33,066 nt of DNA from an uncultured Phycisphaerales bacterium (GCA_964655955.1 CAZZPX010000002.1:1-33066); one strand, 5' to 3'; shown: positions 1 to 7,017, counted from the stretch's first letter. The notes: generated from the sequence alone by a model not told the origin. A program made the numbers and translations.

Positions 1-42
1 TCTGACGAGGATAGACAATCCTGAGTCATCTCCGTTTATCGT

Positions 43-85
43 ATCGAAAACGCATATCGAACGCAACATTTGATACGAACGCAAC
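43..85 (+). repeat. Three iteron-like direct repeats: ATCGAAAACGCA (43-54), ATCGAACGCAAC (56-67), ATACGAACGCAAC (73-85)
   Basis: Read directly. The core CGAACGCAAC is identical at 58-67 and 76-85, with a related copy at 45-54. The repeats lie in noncoding sequence upstream of the rightward small genes. Confidence 0.35.
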
Positions 86-103
86 GCCTAACAATGCACT
101 GAG

Positions 104-121
104 GCGCGGAAGTTTCCGCGC
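104..121. promoter_or_regulatory. Perfect 8-2-8 palindrome GCGCGGAA-GT-TTCCGCGC; candidate operator for a dimeric DNA-binding protein
   Basis: The arms at 104-111 and 114-121 are exact reverse complements. A 2 nt spacer is too short for a good RNA hairpin, so a protein-binding site is more likely. Confidence 0.35.
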
Positions 122-176
122 AGCGAATTGCATTGAAGTCTGCGCTGGCCGTGCGCACAATCCAGCGGGGTGACAC

Positions 177-371
177 ATGCACGGCACGGACGCCAAACTC
201 GCAAGCCTCGAAGCCCGCGTTGCCGCGGTTGAATCCTGCTACTGGCAACTCTACGCCCTGCTTGAACAACTCACGACGCGCCCCATACCGCGGCCACGTC
301 GCAAGCCGGTGGGGCCGATCTACGTTCAGAAAACGCTGACGCAAAGCGAATTGAACCGTTTAGGAGTGTGA
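177..371 (+). CDS. Hypothetical small protein (64 aa), helical/coiled-coil N-terminus
   Basis: ATG preceded by GGGGTGA. The stop lies 2 nt before the next ATG, and the SD of the next gene sits inside its 3' end (operon packing). Confidence 0.45.
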   Translation: MHGTDAKLASLEARVAAVESCYWQLYALLEQLTTRPIPRPRRKPVGPIYVQKTLTQSELNRLGV

Positions 372-372
372 C

Positions 373-588
373 ATGGAAAACTTCTTTGTGTGGGAATTGG
401 ACGTGACCGGACCTGTTGTCGGTTTCGAGTTCCATCGGAAGTCTGGCGAGCAAATCGGATTCGACACCGAAGCCGAAGCGTGGGCCTACATCGCCTCGCA
501 TCGAACCGACACGCCGGCCAACTATTTCTTCGTCTCGAATGAAATGGTGCCGGAAGAGGTGCGCGCGAAGTTCAAGGTGACAGGATGA
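373..588 (+). CDS. Hypothetical protein (71 aa)
   Basis: Strong SD (TAGGAGTG) 5 nt upstream of the ATG. ATGA stop/start overlap with the next ORF. Confidence 0.6.
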   Translation: MENFFVWELDVTGPVVGFEFHRKSGEQIGFDTEAEAWAYIASHRTDTPANYFFVSNEMVPEEVRAKFKVTG

Positions 589-746
589 CCCCAGACCAAA
601 TCGCCGAAGCACGCGCGACGCTACAGGCGCAGATCGAAGCCATCGAAGCCGAGATCAAATCGGCCACGCAATCGAAGCGCGACGAGATCAAGGCCGTTCG
701 CAAGAAACTGCGGGCGCTGGACGTGCTCGCGGGGGAAACGAAATGA
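585..746 (+). CDS. Hypothetical coiled-coil protein (53 aa; below the ORF-track cutoff)
   Basis: The ATG at 585 overlaps the TGA of the previous gene. Translation MTPDQIAEARATLQAQIEAIEAEIKSATQSKRDEIKAVRKKLRALDVLAGETK is heptad-like. A convergent hairpin follows. Confidence 0.5.
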   Translation: MTPDQIAEARATLQAQIEAIEAEIKSATQSKRDEIKAVRKKLRALDVLAGETK

Positions 747-808
747 CGCGATGCTCGGTGAGCCTTATCCAATATGTCGTGGGCGCGACCCTTGGGCAAA
801 GGTTCACG

Positions 809-854
809 GCCGGCGGCCTTTTTATAGTCGCATCCGCCGCCGGCTTATTTCTTT
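809..854. terminator. Stem-loop between convergent genes: GCCGGCGGC (809-817) / GCCGCCGGC (836-844), then TTATTTCTTT
   Basis: 9 bp GC stem, 18 nt loop, T-rich tail on the + strand. The loop is long for a canonical intrinsic terminator. Confidence 0.4.
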
Positions 855-1029
855 AGACATGCCCCCTGTGCCGCCTCTCGCGGCGCTTCCGAACCAACTC
901 GGCCCGATGCTCCCGGTAGTACCTGCCACACTTCCAGCGTAGCGCCAACGTCTCACATTCAAGGTTCCGATAACAGTACGGACTTCGCGCGCCTGCGCGC
1001 ATCGGTCCCCCGCAATTCGAGCATGACAT
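853..1029 (-). CDS. Small zinc-ribbon-like basic protein (58 aa)
   Basis: ATG at 1029 with GGAG 9 nt upstream. Begins MSCSNCGG, has further Cys residues and an Arg/Lys-rich tail. The longer 853-1143 ORF would overlap the upstream gene. Confidence 0.4.
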   Translation of the reverse strand: MSCSNCGGPMRAGARSPYCYRNLECETLALRWKCGRYYREHRAELVRKRRERRHRGHV

Positions 1030-1052
1030 TTCGATAGCTCCAAGAAGAGCCC

Positions 1053-1086
1053 CGGCGGGGTCGGCTTGCGCCGCGGAGCCCCGCCG
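1053..1086 (-). other. Intercistronic GC stem-loop: CGGCGGGG (1053-1060) / CCCCGCCG (1079-1086), 18 nt loop
   Basis: 8 bp perfect stem between the 88 aa gene and the zinc-ribbon gene. No clear U-tract. Confidence 0.35.
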
Positions 1087-1115
1087 AGGCATGGAAGGAC
1101 TGGGGTTTGGCCCGA

Positions 1116-1382
1116 TTATATGGCCTTGCGTTCTTCCAGCCACGCGACAAACCGCGCGGCTGCTTCGTCGTCCAGGTAGTGCCCGGTCATCGGGTCGGCG
1201 ATGTACAGGCTTCCGTCAGCGTCCACGCTGGCCGTTTTGGCGTTGGAAAACTCCGCCAACAGATCGTCGGGTGTGACGTCGCCCTCCCAGTGTCCGGCCT
1301 TGTAGCTGTTGACCCATTCCGACAGTCTTTGCATCGCGTTCATTTGTCCTGACTCCTCGCGGCTGAGCCGCAAACGATTCAC
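1116..1382 (-). CDS. Hypothetical protein (88 aa; alternative start at 1343 gives 75 aa)
   Basis: The ATG at 1382 overlaps the stop of the upstream ATPase gene (ATGA). The internal ATG at 1343 is preceded by GAGGAG. The sequence is acidic and globular-looking. Confidence 0.6.
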   Translation of the reverse strand: MNRLRLSREESGQMNAMQRLSEWVNSYKAGHWEGDVTPDDLLAEFSNAKTASVDADGSLYIADPMTGHYLDDEAAARFVAWLEERKAI

Positions 1383-2047
1383 GCTGCTTTCGCCGCCGAT
1401 CGACGCAAGGCGTCCGGCAGCAGGTCGATTAACGCTCTGATATTGTTGGACTGATTCTCAATGCCCAGCTTGCCCTGGACGTAGGCCAGCCAGTTCCATT
1501 TGACCGGAACCGGCAGCCCTTCGCGGTCCGCGATGGTCGCCAAGTGGTCTGCAATCGCCTGCGCGTCCGGCTTGCGGAAGCGGAAGCGACGCCAACGGCT
1601 CATCAAGCCGTCAACGTCATTGCCCCATTCGAGGCTGGTTGTGGTGCCGACGAATAGGACATGCTTGGGTAGCGATTCGAGCAGCCCTAGCAGCATTTTG
1701 CGACATGAGTCGTTCAGGTGCTGGATTTCGTCCACGATGTAGCACTTGCGGCCGGATTCGCCACGGCCCAAGAAATACATCCGCCGTTCCAGCTCCCGCA
1801 GGTCGGCAATGGTCGCAGCCCGGCTGTCTAGCTTTTCAACGTCCCAACGGTCGCAACCAAGGGCAGCGGCTGCAACATGGGCCGCGCTGGTCTTCCCGCA
1901 ACCCGATATTCCGTCGCTTTCAAACAGCCACCGCTCGCCGCCGCCCGCGAAATTCCAGCGGTCGCCGCAAGCGGACTCGATTTCCGATATGACCGGCTGG
2001 CCGATGAGATCGCACCAGGCCGCAGGCCGGTATAGTTCGCTTAGCAT
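1379..2047 (-). CDS. AAA+ ATPase, RFC small-subunit / DnaX clamp-loader-like (222 aa, no collar domain)
   Basis: N-terminal LYRPxxxxDLIGQ box, Walker A GISGCGKTS, Walker B CYIVDEIQHL, sensor-1-like VGTTT, an SRC-like SRWRRFRF motif, and a distal NNIRALIDLL helix. Confidence 0.8.
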   Translation of the reverse strand: MLSELYRPAAWCDLIGQPVISEIESACGDRWNFAGGGERWLFESDGISGCGKTSAAHVAAAALGCDRWDVEKLDSRAATIADLRELERRMYFLGRGESGRKCYIVDEIQHLNDSCRKMLLGLLESLPKHVLFVGTTTSLEWGNDVDGLMSRWRRFRFRKPDAQAIADHLATIADREGLPVPVKWNWLAYVQGKLGIENQSNNIRALIDLLPDALRRSAAKAA

Positions 2048-2062
2048 TGGACTATCCTTAAT

Positions 2063-2092
2063 GGCAGGGGCGGACCGTGCGCCGCCCCTGCC
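2063..2092 (-). other. Strong intercistronic stem-loop: GGCAGGGGCGG (2063-2073) / CCGCCCCTGCC (2082-2092), 8 nt loop
   Basis: 11 bp perfect GC-rich stem between the ardC stop and the ATPase start. On the minus strand it is followed by ATTAAGGATAGTCCAATG, which contains the SD. No U-tract. Confidence 0.45.
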
Positions 2093-2100
2093 TGAATTGG

Positions 2101-3015
2101 TTAAGCTGCCACCGAATCAGCCGTTTCGCCAGCCAACTCGCCCAGAATGTACTCCGCGGCCTTCTGAGCCTGTGCCGCGGCCGACACGATTAGCTTGGGG
2201 TCTGATTTGAGACGCCCAGCCCAGTGAGCGCAGTAGGCCGCACTATCGTCAATAGTGGATTGGACAATGCCGACACGGCCGCACAAGAACGCGGCCCCGA
2301 TCTCGGCGACCAGCTCCTCTTTGGCATACTGCCCGCTAGACCTGTCTCCCGTCAGTCCGCGATTTAGGCGCTTTTCGTGAGCCGTCGCGTGGATGGATTC
2401 GTGAAACAGGGTTGAGTAGTATGCCTGGGCGGCGATGAGCGTCCGGCGGTCCGGCATGTCGATTGGGTCGGACTGCGCGCGATAGCAGGCGCGAGCCCAG
2501 GAGCACCGGATATTTGGCCGATCGGCCCAGCCGGTCCAGACAGTCTCGCAGGCTCCAATGGGATTAACCGGAGCCGGATTCTTTTCGACCGGCGGGAAGT
2601 CTACCCCGTCAACCTGTGCTGCGTTGAACACACGATAGTAGCGCAGGACTGGAAGTTTCAGCGGGTTTCCGAATTCGTCCAACTTGTCCGGCACTTCCCA
2701 GTCAGTGAAAAACACAACCATTGATCCGTGTTCGCCCTTGCGAACATTGCCGCCCCTGTCTTTGGCCTGTTTGGCCGTGACAAACCAAGGGCTTGCCCAG
2801 TTCTCGCATCCAAGCAGGAGCGTGTTAACGCCCCTGTATTGCTTGCCGCTAATCAGGTTGCGCGGCGACGACTGCCGGCCAAACCAGGGACGACGCCAAG
2901 GTATGTCACCTTTGCCCAGTGCGGCAAGGATACGCTCAGTGACGTACCCATAGACCGGATTGGCCGATCCGCCGCGCCTTCGCGCTTGTGCTGTAACCAT
3001 TGCAATTCCTTCCAT
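2101..3015 (-). CDS. ardC: ArdC-family antirestriction protein: N-terminal ssDNA-binding domain plus C-terminal zincin metalloprotease-like domain (304 aa; start may be the ATG at 3000)
   Basis: N-terminal ERILAALGKGDIPWRRPW and the spacing of YYSTLFHESIHATAH (HExxH) match the ArdC/DUF1738 architecture as I know it. GAAGGA lies upstream of the ATG at 3000. Confidence 0.8.
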   Translation of the reverse strand: MEGIAMVTAQARRRGGSANPVYGYVTERILAALGKGDIPWRRPWFGRQSSPRNLISGKQYRGVNTLLLGCENWASPWFVTAKQAKDRGGNVRKGEHGSMVVFFTDWEVPDKLDEFGNPLKLPVLRYYRVFNAAQVDGVDFPPVEKNPAPVNPIGACETVWTGWADRPNIRCSWARACYRAQSDPIDMPDRRTLIAAQAYYSTLFHESIHATAHEKRLNRGLTGDRSSGQYAKEELVAEIGAAFLCGRVGIVQSTIDDSAAYCAHWAGRLKSDPKLIVSAAAQAQKAAEYILGELAGETADSVAA

Positions 3016-3063
3016 TTAGGTGTGTTCGACCGGCTGACTCCGCAATCAGCCAGTTATGTATAT

Positions 3064-3091
3064 AGTGTAAACCAATAATACAGACTGTCAA
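3064..3091 (-). promoter_or_regulatory. Candidate sigma70-type promoter for the leftward ardC operon: -35 TTGACA (3091-3086), 16 nt spacer, -10 TACACT (3069-3064)
   Basis: Perfect -35 hexamer on the minus strand within the AT-rich divergent intergenic region. Confidence 0.35.
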
Positions 3092-3096
3092 ATGAC
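3087..3096. promoter_or_regulatory. Palindrome GTCA-AA-TGAC between the two divergent -35 elements; candidate operator
   Basis: It overlaps the minus -35 and abuts the plus -35. A second inverted repeat, GGCTGA-N8-TCAGCC, lies at 3032-3051 in the ardC leader. Confidence 0.3.
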
Positions 3097-3125
3097 TTGC
3101 CTAAAAATAATTGTCCGACAATAAT
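3097..3125 (+). promoter_or_regulatory. Candidate promoter for the RHH gene: -35 TTGCCT (3097-3102), 17 nt spacer, -10 AATAAT (3120-3125)
   Basis: The spacing predicts a transcription start at or next to the ATG at 3132, which would give a leaderless mRNA. There is no good SD upstream. Confidence 0.35.
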
Positions 3126-3131
3126 TAGGCC

Positions 3132-3335
3132 ATGAAGAGACGCGGCAGACCACCGACCGGAAATGCAAAGGACTCGCGCATGTATATCAGGATGCGGGAA
3201 CGAGACCGCATAGCCATATTCCTGGCCGCGGACCGCTGCGGTATGGATGCCTCAGACTGGGCGAGGCAAGTGCTGATGGACGCTGCAAACCAGGTCAACA
3301 AGCGCCGAAAACCCAACGCAAACCAGCCGGATTAA
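3132..3335 (+). CDS. Ribbon-helix-helix (CopG/Arc/MobC-like) DNA-binding protein (67 aa)
   Basis: GRPP followed by a beta-strand (MYIRM) and two helices (ERDRIAIFLAADRCG, DASDWARQVLMDAA), then a basic tail. Divergent from ardC. Confidence 0.6.
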   Translation: MKRRGRPPTGNAKDSRMYIRMRERDRIAIFLAADRCGMDASDWARQVLMDAANQVNKRRKPNANQPD

Positions 3336-3629
3336 ACCCGCAGACAGGACACAACTTGACAAGAGTAGCGACCGATCCGTACCGTAGGATGCGGTTGGCC
3401 GGAACAGTAATTGCAAATAGGACGATTCAAACACGCGCACGCGCAAATCGAAACAGTGGCAATGCAGAGACGAGACGCGAGATATAGGCTGCATCGTGGT
3501 AGCGGGAGCAGGGGCGAGAACCAGATTGTTTCGCATTCCATTCCGAAGCATAGGCAGTGCCACGACGTGACACTCATAAACGCGCTTGCACCCCGCCGCG
3601 CACTCGCACACAGCACACCGCAGTAGCGA

Positions 3630-3651
3630 TTCGACAGTCATTCAACAGTCA
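3630..3651 (+). repeat. Tandem 11-mers TTCGACAGTCA / TTCAACAGTCA
   Basis: Adjacent copies with one mismatch and a period of 11 bp (one helical turn), inside the ORF-poor region. Confidence 0.45.
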
Positions 3652-3690
3652 ATGCAACGTAAGTGTCGTTATAGGACGTACATATAGTGC

Positions 3691-3731
3691 GTTTGCGGTA
3701 CCGTTCCGCGTGGTTTGCGGACTGATTGCGG
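3691..3731 (+). repeat. Three phased copies of G(T/A)TTGCGG starting at 3691, 3713 and 3724 (spacing 22 and 11 bp)
   Basis: Read directly. The helical phasing suggests an array of protein-binding sites. Confidence 0.4.
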
Positions 3732-3750
3732 GCGTGCGGCTGGCCGGCTG

Positions 3751-3772
3751 GCGAGCCGCATAATGCGCTCGC
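3751..3772. promoter_or_regulatory. Near-perfect 22 bp palindrome GCGAGCCGCATAATGCGCTCGC
   Basis: The arms GCGAGC/GCTCGC and CGCAT/ATGCG are complementary, with one bulged base. Confidence 0.35.
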
Positions 3773-3777
3773 GGGCT

Positions 3778-3843
3778 GGGGGGCGGTTCACCCCAAGCCG
3801 GCCCCTGAATATATGGGTGACACCCCCCTCTTGCGATTTTTTT
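3778..3843 (+). other. Two-tier hairpin: G6 (3778-3783) pairs with C6 (3823-3828), and TCACCC (3788-3793) pairs with GGGTGA (3815-3820); a T7 run follows at 3837-3843
   Basis: Read directly. The T-run starts 8 nt after the stem, so this is not a canonical intrinsic terminator. It could mark the 3' end of an ncRNA or be a structural DNA element. A -10-like TACAAT lies at 3879-3884. Confidence 0.3.
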
Positions 3844-3959
3844 CTCCCCGCCTGCCGGGAAACCTTCGTATCCGTGGCTACAATTTGTCGTCTCTAACAT
3901 CTTGCGTAACGTGGATTTGATGCGCACAATGGGTTTTGGCGAGCGCATGGAGGCGTCGA

Positions 3960-4334
3960 ATGTCCCTGTCCGACCTTGTTCTGGGTGATTTGCAGTCCGT
4001 TGAATCGTCTGGCGCTGTGATTCGCCCATCTGGCTCTCCGGCAGTGGTACCGGGAGCGCCGATCGTTGCTGCGTCGAGTCCTGCCATTGGCCAGCCCGCA
4101 CCGAAGGATTTGAGCGCAGAGTCGGTTGCGGCCCTGTTTTCTTCGCTTGCGCGGTCCATTTCTGACGTAAATGCCACTTTGGTGCTTATAAACGCGGGCG
4201 TCTCGGCGATCGTCGCTGGCCAGGTCGGGTCGAATCTTGGCGCGGTGGACGTGGGTTTGCCGACTGAGGACCCGGAAGTGGCTGGAGCGTTGTGGAACAA
4301 CTCCGGCGTAGTGAACGTTTCAACTGGATCATAG
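3960..4334 (+). CDS. Hypothetical protein (124 aa), first gene of the rightward late operon
   Basis: ATG at 3960 with GGAGG 6 nt upstream; the track's TTG at 3936 is less likely. The protein is Ala/Ser/Val-rich and ends LPTEDPEVAGALWNNSGVVNVSTGS. Confidence 0.6.
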   Translation: MSLSDLVLGDLQSVESSGAVIRPSGSPAVVPGAPIVAASSPAIGQPAPKDLSAESVAALFSSLARSISDVNATLVLINAGVSAIVAGQVGSNLGAVDVGLPTEDPEVAGALWNNSGVVNVSTGS

Positions 4335-4337
4335 CCA

Positions 4338-5057
4338 ATGCCAATGACAGAAGAGGTTCGGCGTCAGCTTTCTGGCGAGGACAAGACTGGTCCTGGTGAG
4401 TTTCGGTCCCCTGGTGCCAGGACTCGGCGTGACGAGATCATGCCGAAGGCGGGCAGACATGTCTATCATGCCGCCGATGGAGGGTTTGGGGTTCGGCCGA
4501 AGATGGGCGTCTCGGTCCATGCGCAGGTTGCCAACCTGAGGCGCGGCCTTGCCGACGTTCTTGGCGTCGCGGAAGGCTTGATCAGCAAGAGGTTCCTGAC
4601 TCGCGCGCTGGCGCTTCTCGCTGAGGGCAGGCTGAACCTGAAGCCTTCTGCGGCTGAAAAGCTGATGGGCGGGCATGAGAGGCTGTGTCCGGCCATTATG
4701 GGCAAGGTCCCGGTGTCGTCAGTAGCGCGGAATCGTCGCATGATGGAGGCCTTGGCCTTCATGGAGGCGATTGTGCGCTGGGAGGACAACGCGATTCGGA
4801 TATCGAAGATGAATCGGCTGTCTGGCAAGCCGGTTGATGAAGCCGCGATTCGTGATGATACGCCGGTTGAAGAGCCTGTGGTGCAGCAGGCGGACGCCGA
4901 GCCGGCAATTGATCAGAAACTTGCCGCGGTTGACGCTCTGGGCCGTCCGATGTGCCCGATTCACCACGTTCGAGTCAGGAAGAAAGACCTGTCTTGCAGC
5001 CGGTGCCGGTTCGAGCAGGCGCGAAGGGAAACGCTTGAAGAAGCCGGAGACGAATAG
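4338..5057 (+). CDS. Putative small terminase / DNA-recognition subunit, assigned by position only, with a C-terminal CxxH..CxxC zinc-ribbon-like motif (239 aa)
   Basis: Lies immediately upstream of the large terminase. The C-terminus reads CPIHHVRVRKKDLSCSRC. I recognise no family motif. Confidence 0.45.
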   Translation: MPMTEEVRRQLSGEDKTGPGEFRSPGARTRRDEIMPKAGRHVYHAADGGFGVRPKMGVSVHAQVANLRRGLADVLGVAEGLISKRFLTRALALLAEGRLNLKPSAAEKLMGGHERLCPAIMGKVPVSSVARNRRMMEALAFMEAIVRWEDNAIRISKMNRLSGKPVDEAAIRDDTPVEEPVVQQADAEPAIDQKLAAVDALGRPMCPIHHVRVRKKDLSCSRCRFEQARRETLEEAGDE

Positions 5058-5130
5058 TTACGACCCTGTAGAATTGGGCCTGCCCTATCGCTACTGGGAT
5101 TTGCGTGAGCATCAGCGGCGAGAGTGTCGC

Positions 5131-7017
5131 ATGGAGGTGCTTCGCAGTTGGTTCGATCCGAACCGGCTCGACGTGTTCTGCACCGACGTTGACAAACTGG
5201 TTCAGGCCGCAAAGCTCTGGCACTTCCACTACATGCGCCCCGCACGGTGCCATCACGGCATCTACACCCGGCCGAATCCTGAGCACAAGTGGACGATCGT
5301 TCGCAACGCATTCCTGCCCCCGATGGAGCCTGGTGTGTGCGGACGGTCGATTACGCATGCGCCGCGCGGTACGGCCAAGTCGGTGACTCTGGTCTTTGAA
5401 CTGCCTCAGATGGTTGCGATTTGCAGGCCGGCGACCGAAGTGGTGATGAGCCAGCGCAACAAGAAGAAAACTTACCAGTGGATGCGCAAGATTCGGGCGT
5501 CGATCCAAAACAATGACCTGATTCATGCCGACTTTGGCGGCAAGGGCAAGCTGTGGAAGGTCCAGGGCCAGCAGCAGAGCTGGAGCACGGAGACGTTGCA
5601 GTTCGGCCATGACCCGCAGTGCCGGATCGTCGGCGTGTCGGCCCTTGCCGCGGTTCGCGGCGAGCATCCGATCTGGGCGATTATTGACGACCCGGAGACC
5701 AAGAAAGACGCCCGCAACCCGGTCTTTGCCGACAACTACTTCGACTGGTTGCTTCACGACTACATTCCGATCGTTCAGCCGGGTGGTTTCTTCACCTGGA
5801 TTACCACGATCAACGATGAGGGCAGTTGTGCCAATGCGGTGATAAATGGCGTTCGGATCGGCAGTGATTCGGAAGAAGATGATGAGGACGGATCGAGCGG
5901 GTTCATGATTGATGAGCGGTTCGCGTCGTTCAGCAAGACGGTGATACCGCTGTACACCCGCGATGAAGAGACGGGCGAGTGGAAGTCCTCATGGGAAGCG
6001 TTGTACCCGGTCGAGGCCATGACTTCGCTGCAGCGCAGCATGGGCTCGGCCTTTGACGCGGAAATGCAGGGTCAGCCCCGGCCTTCTGGCCAGACTATGT
6101 TCATGCGTGACGACTGCGCGCACGGTTGGGCGCGGTGCGTCAATGCGGATGGCGACCACTTCGTCATTGACCTGTATACGGGCGAGTGCTGGACCTGGAC
6201 GGACTTCATGGCCACTTCCGTCGTGGTTGGCGGCCTTGATCTGGCCGATTCTCAGGCCACGCATGCACAGCCCGGCGCGGCGGTGTTTTTCGCCGTGCGC
6301 GGCGGCGTGATTTACATCCTGGACGCCTACATTCGCAAGTTGCAGTGCCTGTACCTGGTCGAACAGACCTTGCTGCTGGGTGTTCAATGGGCCGCGGTGA
6401 TGCTGGCTGTGGACACTACGGCTATGCAGGTCGCGATTTTGCCGGTGTCCAAGTCGATCCGCCAGAAGTTGATGGATGAGGGCAAGGCGTGTCCGCAATT
6501 TGCTCCGGCCAATGCCGCGGGGATGGCGAACAAGGTGGCTCGGATCGAGGCGGCGCTGTCGTCTCGCTTCAGGGATAAGACGATTCGGTTCCCCTGGATG
6601 CACAAGAAGGATCATCCGGCGCTGGAAGTGGCGATGGCCCGGAACAAGCTGGTTGATTTGGCCCCGATGATGCGGCGCGACGATCACTTGGCGCTTCTGG
6701 CCGAAGTGGACCGGATCACGGACAATGCGAAGCCGACCGGATGGAATGGCCTGGATGCCATTGAAATGGCCATTCGCAAGATGGGCGGCGTGTCGGGCAT
6801 TGAGGCTCCGACCAAGGAGCATACGAATCGTCGCACTATTGATCTGGCTCGTTCGCTGGGTTTGAATGTCGAGCCGAGAATACAGCGCGACGGCACGCTG
6901 ACACCGGGGTTCGATAAGGATGATTATGACGTGTTCGGCGGCGAACGCGAATTGATCGATATGGGACGACCGACAGAGGACGTTCCGGACTATTTTGCGA
7001 TGGACCCATATGGTTGA
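5131..7017 (+). CDS. terL: Terminase large subunit (ATPase plus nuclease); the true start may be upstream (TTG at 5074 or 5101)
   Basis: Walker A-like PRGTAKSVT and Walker B-like IWAIIDDPE. The C-terminal half carries acidic nuclease-type motifs (GGLDLADS, AVDT). Size and position before the portal fit. The frame is open from 4834, but that part reads as off-frame Arg-rich sequence. Confidence 0.8.
   Translation: MEVLRSWFDPNRLDVFCTDVDKLVQAAKLWHFHYMRPARCHHGIYTRPNPEHKWTIVRNAFLPPMEPGVCGRSITHAPRGTAKSVTLVFELPQMVAICRPATEVVMSQRNKKKTYQWMRKIRASIQNNDLIHADFGGKGKLWKVQGQQQSWSTETLQFGHDPQCRIVGVSALAAVRGEHPIWAIIDDPETKKDARNPVFADNYFDWLLHDYIPIVQPGGFFTWITTINDEGSCANAVINGVRIGSDSEEDDEDGSSGFMIDERFASFSKTVIPLYTRDEETGEWKSSWEALYPVEAMTSLQRSMGSAFDAEMQGQPRPSGQTMFMRDDCAHGWARCVNADGDHFVIDLYTGECWTWTDFMATSVVVGGLDLADSQATHAQPGAAVFFAVRGGVIYILDAYIRKLQCLYLVEQTLLLGVQWAAVMLAVDTTAMQVAILPVSKSIRQKLMDEGKACPQFAPANAAGMANKVARIEAALSSRFRDKTIRFPWMHKKDHPALEVAMARNKLVDLAPMMRRDDHLALLAEVDRITDNAKPTGWNGLDAIEMAIRKMGGVSGIEAPTKEHTNRRTIDLARSLGLNVEPRIQRDGTLTPGFDKDDYDVFGGERELIDMGRPTEDVPDYFAMDPYG

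Noticed and set aside
36-344. 102 aa minus-strand ORF at the left edge
   Set aside because: It overlaps the better-supported + strand ORFs at 177-371 and the repeat region, has a poor composition, and has no start signals.
3252-4101. Minus-strand ORFs of 129, 94 and 150 aa, and + strand ORFs of 60-71 aa, within the 3336-3959 region
   Set aside because: The translations are Cys/Arg/His-rich or otherwise unprotein-like. They have no SD, no coupling to neighbours and mutually overlapping frames. The region is better described as noncoding.
4834-5130. Upstream 99 codons of the terL ORF as given in the track (start at 4834)
   Set aside because: This segment overlaps the preceding gene by 224 nt and reads as Arg-rich off-frame sequence. 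The real start is near 5074-5131.
5150-5164. GGTTCGATCCGAACC, which resembles a tRNA T-arm
   Set aside because: It lies inside the terL reading frame. I could not build an acceptor, D or anticodon arm around it, so it is just a coding-region palindrome. No tRNA was found elsewhere in the window.
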